Shown here piece by piece: positions 16,107-20,000 of a DNA stretch of 20,000 nt (positions within the stretch are counted from its first letter, which is position 1; every line of letters starts with the position of its first letter). The notes beneath the pieces were generated by a model. It saw nothing but the letters and a program-made list of their open reading frames with translations, made no database searches and was not told where the DNA came from. This DNA is from an uncultured virus (IMG/VR IMGVR_UViG_3300025011_000039) (Duplodnaviria; Heunggongvirae; Uroviricota; Caudoviricetes), in IMG/VR virus record IMGVR_UViG_3300025011_000039. One strand, written 5' to 3'. The translations under genes were made by a program, and so were the position numbers.

Positions 16107-16157
16107 CCTGCCTGATGAGCTGTAGACAGCGAAATGGGGATAAAACCCCATAGCAGG
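16107..16157 (+). ncRNA. Hammerhead ribozyme, type I (HHR1)
   Basis: Stem I CCTGC/GCAGG; core CTGATGA; stem II GCTG-TAGA-CAGC; GAAA; stem III TGGGG-ATAAAA-CCCCA; T-A cleavage site (AUA, cut after 16152). Confidence 0.92.
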
Positions 16158-16209
16158 ATGAAAGTAAGCTGCACAACACGAAAACAGAATATCGAAGGAG
16201 GCAGACAGT

Positions 16210-16494
16210 ATGAAAACAGCCGAAAGCATCAGCATAAAAAAACTAAACAAAGCTGAAAACGCATTATTACAGGAAGAACTGGAGTTGGCGGCAAGAAAGT
16301 TTAATGAAAACTTCGACTACTACACCAAAAATAGAAAAAACCCAATCGAACTAATGGTTTGGTACGGAAGATATGTAGCAATAGACAGATTGTTCGGAAC
16401 TTCAAGTCTAGTAGAAAGTTGGAAGTTAAGTCACATGACAAACCTGTTAATGCAACTTAGCACAGGAGCGATTGAACACTATAGGACAGCATAA
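16210..16494 (+). CDS. Hypothetical protein (94 aa) bracketed by two hammerheads
   Basis: ORF track; AAGGAGG SD. Confidence 0.8.
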   Translation: MKTAESISIKKLNKAENALLQEELELAARKFNENFDYYTKNRKNPIELMVWYGRYVAIDRLFGTSSLVESWKLSHMTNLLMQLSTGAIEHYRTA

Positions 16495-16495
16495 A

Positions 16496-16553
16496 CCCAC
16501 CTGACGAGACTTGACGGTAACAAGTCGAAATGGCCGAAAGTGGCCATAGTGGG
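16496..16553 (+). ncRNA. Hammerhead ribozyme, type I (HHR2)
   Basis: Stem I CCCAC/GTGGG; core CTGACGA; stem II GACTTG-ACGGTAA-CAAGTC; GAAA; stem III TGGCC-GAAAGT-GGCCA; T-A cleavage site (AUA, cut after 16548). Confidence 0.93.
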
Positions 16554-16601
16554 AAACCACAGCAACAAAGCGCACCGCACACGCAGAAAAGAATACAAAA
16601 A

Positions 16602-16704
16602 CCCCACAGCGCGAACCAGCGAAGTCGGCATAATCCGAAAGGGCCAGCCAAGGCAAGCGAACACTGGACCCGAAGGGATATCCGCTAGAGGTGCAGAAAA
16701 GGGG
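16602..16704 (+). ncRNA. Candidate structured RNA of unknown class
   Basis: Nested pairings CCCC/GGGG, ACC/GGT, AGCG/CGCT and CCAG/CTGG, plus TCC-GAAA-GGG and CCC-GAA-GGG hairpins in a GC-rich intergenic stretch; stems are short. Confidence 0.35.
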
Positions 16705-16712
16705 AAGCATGG

Positions 16713-16764
16713 TAGTTTAGGTTTGCGTGAGTACCCACAAGGGAATTGACGTGAATTTAAACTA
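16713..16764 (+). repeat. Pre-RBS long stem-loop element (copy 1)
   Basis: TAGTTTAGGTTTGCGT/ACGTGAATTTAAACTA 16-bp stem with four G-U pairs, capped by CCC-ACAA-GGG. Confidence 0.65.
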
Positions 16765-16781
16765 AAAGGAGATTGATGATT

Positions 16782-17096
16782 ATGCCGAAAGTAAACATTA
16801 AGGAACTTCAGGTTTGCAATTCTTACGGTGAAGAACAAAACACGCAGTCGATAAAAGAAGCGTTACTGCGCGAAGCGGTTAAGCAATGCGACTGCTACTG
16901 TACAGACTTGTTAATTTTCTTTGACTACACATGGAAGGACTTGCTTAAGGGTGATTTGACCGAAGTAACATTATATTTTCGCCAAATGGGTATTGATTGG
17001 AAAGAGGAAAATAAAGACTGTAGGAGTACGGCAAAATTAAGGAGAGATGTCGAAAAGGACACTTTAGAATTAACCATAGAATATGGCAGGCACTAA
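16782..17096 (+). CDS. Hypothetical protein (about 104 aa; alternative starts 16773/16776)
   Basis: ORF track; AAGGAG SD. Confidence 0.75.
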   Translation: MPKVNIKELQVCNSYGEEQNTQSIKEALLREAVKQCDCYCTDLLIFFDYTWKDLLKGDLTEVTLYFRQMGIDWKEENKDCRSTAKLRRDVEKDTLELTIEYGRH

Positions 17097-17150
17097 CCTA
17101 GCACTCGCTAGGTTTTACCTCTGGTCCCTGTAGGGGTTGGACGTAAAATC
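17095..17150 (+). repeat. Intergenic double-hairpin element (copy 2)
   Basis: AACCTAGC/GCTAGGTT, then GGTTTTAC...CCC-TGTA-GGG...GTAAAATC. Confidence 0.7.
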
Positions 17151-17167
17151 TAAGGAGGATGATAATT

Positions 17168-17395
17168 ATGTTTGAGGAAAAAGTAATATTCATGGAATCT
17201 ATTTGGAAGCACCTTGAGACGCTTCAAGATTCAGAAATACTGCAAGAAAAGAAGGATGCGCTTGAAATTCTGGAAATTGTCAACGATCCGCAAGTCCCGG
17301 CACATTGGGATCAAAAAGTAGAAGCATACTTGGAACTTGCTACTATAGAAATGCAAATACACAAGCGACAAGTTTCTGGGATGTGCAAGGAATAG
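17168..17395 (+). CDS. Hypothetical acidic protein (75 aa)
   Basis: AAGGAGG SD favours ATG 17168. Confidence 0.75.
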   Translation: MFEEKVIFMESIWKHLETLQDSEILQEKKDALEILEIVNDPQVPAHWDQKVEAYLELATIEMQIHKRQVSGMCKE

Positions 17396-17449
17396 GGACT
17401 CCGGTCCCTGCTTCGCCAAAACTCCTTTAGAGAGGGGTTTTGTTGAGGT
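17394..17449 (+). repeat. Intergenic double-hairpin element (copy 3)
   Basis: AGGGAC-TCCG-GTCCCT, then GCTTCGCCAAAACTCCT...AGGGGTTTTGTTGAGGT. Confidence 0.7.
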
Positions 17450-17467
17450 AAATATAGGAGGGATATT

Positions 17468-17659
17468 ATGATAGTAAACGAGTTCAAGAGTTTTAAAAAT
17501 ATATTCACCGTATTTTCATATGGTAATAAATTCCTACTTCAAGTAAAAATAGGAAGGTCGGGCAATTACTACAATTATAATTCCTTACTTAACATTGCTC
17601 CAACCGAATCTCAGGCATTTAGTTTATGGCAAAATCAAAGGAAATATTGGACTAGGTAG
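17468..17659 (+). CDS. Hypothetical protein (63 aa)
   Basis: ORF track; AGGAGG SD. Confidence 0.72.
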   Translation: MIVNEFKSFKNIFTVFSYGNKFLLQVKIGRSGNYYNYNSLLNIAPTESQAFSLWQNQRKYWTR

Positions 17660-17666
17660 CAGGTCC

Positions 17667-17726
17667 GCGACTACCTAAAGTCGCAGTTTTACCTAAATCC
17701 TTTTGCGAGAGGGTTTAGTTAAAACT
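17667..17726 (+). repeat. Intergenic double-hairpin element (copy 4)
   Basis: GCGACT-ACCTAA-AGTCGC, then AGTTTTACCTAAATCC...GGGTTTAGTTAAAACT. Confidence 0.75.
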
Positions 17727-17744
17727 ATGAGGGAGGCTAAAATT

Positions 17745-18371
17745 ATGAAAACTTTATATTTTGAAGGTGCCGGATGCGTACCGCGCGGAATGGTTGAAAA
17801 TTGCCGCATTAGAACAGCTTTTCACAATGACAAAGGGGAGGCAATCTACTTAGAAATGTCTGGTTTTGAAGTAACCAAAAACAGCGTCAAAAGCGTTAAA
17901 CAATTTACCTTTGCCGGGATAGTTGACCATTGCCATTATATCCATAATGACGACGATTGTAACAAGCACAGCATCGTCAGTATGAGACACAAAACTTTTA
18001 AGTACACCAAATCCGAAATTCTCAGTATTGTAAATTCTCTGGGTTGCAGTTTTGACGAGGTTGTTATTCTTCCTGACTTGGCCGGTTATCGAGTTTTTAA
18101 AGACCGCGAGGGTCATAACTTCGGGGATGAATTCAAATTTAACGCAGAACTTACCGCCCGCGCAGAGGAAATTAAAGCCTATTTTTACGCCTTGGAAAAA
18201 AGCGAGGGCAAGCAATACCCTAACTTTTCCTTATGGGTAGATCAGGATAACCGCGAAATACTCCATTTATTGAGGCATTTTAACGGCTATAATAAACATT
18301 GGTCGATAATAAATAGCGCAAACTGGAAGGAAAATACAACTAAAACCGTACTGGGAAAATACGCCTGTTAA
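17745..18371 (+). CDS. Hypothetical protein (208 aa)
   Basis: GGGAGG SD before ATG 17745 (MKTLYFEGAGC...NCRIRTAF). Confidence 0.82.
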   Translation: MKTLYFEGAGCVPRGMVENCRIRTAFHNDKGEAIYLEMSGFEVTKNSVKSVKQFTFAGIVDHCHYIHNDDDCNKHSIVSMRHKTFKYTKSEILSIVNSLGCSFDEVVILPDLAGYRVFKDREGHNFGDEFKFNAELTARAEEIKAYFYALEKSEGKQYPNFSLWVDQDNREILHLLRHFNGYNKHWSIINSANWKENTTKTVLGKYAC

Positions 18372-18385
18372 TATACAAATTCAAA

Positions 18386-18422
18386 CTCCCCGGTAGCTGT
18401 TGTGAGCAGTAAAACCGGGGAG
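18386..18422 (+). other. Intergenic hairpin
   Basis: CTCCCCGGT/ACCGGGGAG with inner GCTGTT/AGCAGT stem; no T-tract. Confidence 0.6.
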
Positions 18423-18469
18423 CAGGGAAAATATATGTCCACCGATATTATAACATAGGAGGTCATACC

Positions 18470-19102
18470 ATGACAAAGATAATAAATTTCTCTAACGCTC
18501 AAATGCCGATTATCACAGCAACAGCACCACGGCAAGAGGTCAAAACTGGATATGTGCAGGAGTTCGACGGTTGGAAGGTTGGTCAGGAGTGCCAGGTCAA
18601 GGAGTGGAACGGCACTTACCGCATTGACCATATTTATTGTTACTCTACATTTACTCAAGTTAGAGTTTTAAAGATTGCTCGCAACGGTAGCACAAAGGGA
18701 AGTAATACCACAGACATTAACAACCTATTACCGATAGGCGCAGCACAACCGACAACCGACAAGGACGGCAAAACAGCTTTACAGAAGGCACAGGAAATAT
18801 TAAAAATAAACGGTTTTGCGGTTAAGGACTGGTACTACACGACACAAGAATCACTTGTAGTAGTTATCAGTCACACAAAAACCGGCAGGGTTAAAATCCA
18901 GAGGGCGCGAATTATTCAAGGCGAAAAGATGCAGAAGGACATGGAAACATTTTCACTTGATATGGATAATCTTAGGTACACACTAGACAAAGAACAGCAA
19001 ATTTTCATTCCTAAACTTTTCGGGGGAGAATGGCATTGGTGGAACGATAGTGAAACGCTAAAGCCATTCAAGGGAAATAAATTAACACGTTTACTGGATT
19101 AG
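18470..19102 (+). CDS. Hypothetical protein (210 aa)
   Basis: ORF track; AGGAGGT SD. Confidence 0.82.
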   Translation: MTKIINFSNAQMPIITATAPRQEVKTGYVQEFDGWKVGQECQVKEWNGTYRIDHIYCYSTFTQVRVLKIARNGSTKGSNTTDINNLLPIGAAQPTTDKDGKTALQKAQEILKINGFAVKDWYYTTQESLVVVISHTKTGRVKIQRARIIQGEKMQKDMETFSLDMDNLRYTLDKEQQIFIPKLFGGEWHWWNDSETLKPFKGNKLTRLLD

Positions 19103-19119
19103 CAACAAGTATGAGGCAA

Positions 19120-19178
19120 GCGGCACCTTAACGCCGCAGTTTTACCAAAGTGTCACAAGAGGGGATTTTGGTAAAATT
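19120..19178 (+). repeat. Intergenic double-hairpin element (copy 5)
   Basis: GCGGC-ACCTTAAC-GCCGC, then AGTTTTACCAAAGT...AGGGGATTTTGGTAAAATT. Confidence 0.75.
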
Positions 19179-19195
19179 AAAAGGGGGTTAGATTT

Positions 19196-19435
19196 ATGAC
19201 TAATACATATTTAATCTATGATGGAAACAAAGGTTTATTTAATGATGATGCGGTAGTAATAGCTAAAAATGCAACCGAGGCAGTAAAAAAGTATATGAAA
19301 GGAAATAACATTTCGGGCAGTGTTAGAAGGGATGGAAGTAATTATGTAAGGTTTAAAGTTACTAAGTTTGTAACCAAGGAAAACAAAAGATATAAGTCTG
19401 GTAGATCAATTTGGTATTTGCATCTTACAGGATAA
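19196..19435 (+). CDS. Hypothetical basic protein (79 aa)
   Basis: ORF track; AAGGGGGT SD. Confidence 0.75.
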   Translation: MTNTYLIYDGNKGLFNDDAVVIAKNATEAVKKYMKGNNISGSVRRDGSNYVRFKVTKFVTKENKRYKSGRSIWYLHLTG

Positions 19436-19439
19436 TTGC

Positions 19440-19499
19440 AGGGACTAACGTCCCTTGCCTAAACTCTCTAGCAGGAGGGTTTCGGGAGGGGATTACCCC
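19440..19499 (+). repeat. Intergenic hairpin element (copy 6)
   Basis: AGGGAC-TAAC-GTCCCT, then AAACTCTC-TAGCAG-GAGGGTTT, then GGGG-ATTA-CCCC. Confidence 0.7.
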
Positions 19500-19522
19500 A
19501 ATACTATGAGGGAGGTCGTTAT

Positions 19523-19720
19523 ATGCGGGAATACATAGAGATTTTAATCCAAAACTACGCCACGAGTTCTATAAATGCTAAGACCGAAATGGAAATAATG
19601 AAACGTAATAACCAAGAGTACCTAGAAGGTTATTATCGTGGTAAGTCGGATGCTTTGGGTAACGTGGCGAGGGAACTTAGGAAGATGTTAGAGGAAAGCA
19701 CATTGGAGGCAACACAATGA
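19523..19720 (+). CDS. Hypothetical protein (65 aa)
   Basis: ORF track; GGGAGGT SD. Confidence 0.75.
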   Translation: MREYIEILIQNYATSSINAKTEMEIMKRNNQEYLEGYYRGKSDALGNVARELRKMLEESTLEATQ

Positions 19721-19953
19721 CCATAAACACGTCTAGCAACCCGATACAGCGGGGCAAAACGCCGACAGGTACAAATACACCTGGGTTAAGCAAATACCGA
19801 TTGTCAGTCCATTTCCCCGACTTACGCATAGGCAAAACTACTATCCCTGCTGGGGTGGATCGGAAGGAAGTCTGGGGAACTTCGCCGTTGGATGCCTGTC
19901 AGTGGACGGCAGAGCATTTTAGAGCGGCAGAGTGGGTGGAGGTGGTACAGTGA
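19717..19953 (+). CDS. Hypothetical protein (78 aa)
   Basis: ATGA overlap with the previous stop; GGAGG SD. Confidence 0.7.
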   Translation: MTINTSSNPIQRGKTPTGTNTPGLSKYRLSVHFPDLRIGKTTIPAGVDRKEVWGTSPLDACQWTAEHFRAAEWVEVVQ

Positions 19954-20000
19954 TTAATCCTAATCAACCAAAACCACAACCGCAACGCTTCGATGAACTA
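19950..20000 (+). CDS. Start of a further ORF, truncated by the window edge
   Basis: GGAGGTGG SD, GTGA overlap; MINPNQPKPQPQRFDEL... Confidence 0.5.
   Translation, partial: MINPNQPKPQPQRFDEL

Noticed and set aside
16615..16690. Resemblance to a hairpin ribozyme or a c-di-GMP-I riboswitch
   Set aside because: No correctly placed NGUC or loop B sequences, and no GACGCAAAGC-like core; kept only as an unclassified candidate RNA
16447..16838. ORFs 16540..16749 (+) and the three minus-strand ORFs
   Set aside because: No SD; the plus-strand one starts inside hammerhead 2; the region is better explained as RNA structure
17095..19499. Intergenic repeats as a CRISPR array or integron attC sites
   Set aside because: Repeats are degenerate and separated by whole genes; no cas or integrase gene; no RYYYAAC/GTTRRRY boxes recognised
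1..20000. tRNA, rRNA, integrase, lysis or clear tail-tube/tape-measure genes
   Set aside because: None recognised in this window

Overview
This window is part of a tailed-phage (or prophage/phage-plasmid) genome from a Firmicutes-type host, judged from strong GGAGG/GGTG Shine-Dalgarno sites and sigmaA-like promoters. From 15245 down to 1 on the minus strand lie a RepL-like HTH gene, terS, a dif-like Xer site, five accessory ORFs (one a nucleotidyltransferase-fold protein), terL, a P22-type portal, small and accessory ORFs, scaffold, a head decoration-like protein, the major capsid protein, a freestanding HNH endonuclease, a beta-helix virion protein, a zinc-finger protein and a truncated fibre-like protein. 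A divergent promoter/operator region with a ribbon-helix-helix regulator (15362-15790) leads into a plus-strand string of small, probably early, genes. The main discovery is in that string. Two complete type I hammerhead ribozymes start right after stop codons and bracket a 94-aa ORF. Each of the next six or seven gene junctions carries a long, G-U-rich stem-loop just upstream of the RBS, most of them related in sequence. This suggests an operon that is cut into single-gene RNAs and/or shuffled as cassettes. All protein calls rest on motifs and gene order read by eye; no database searches were run.
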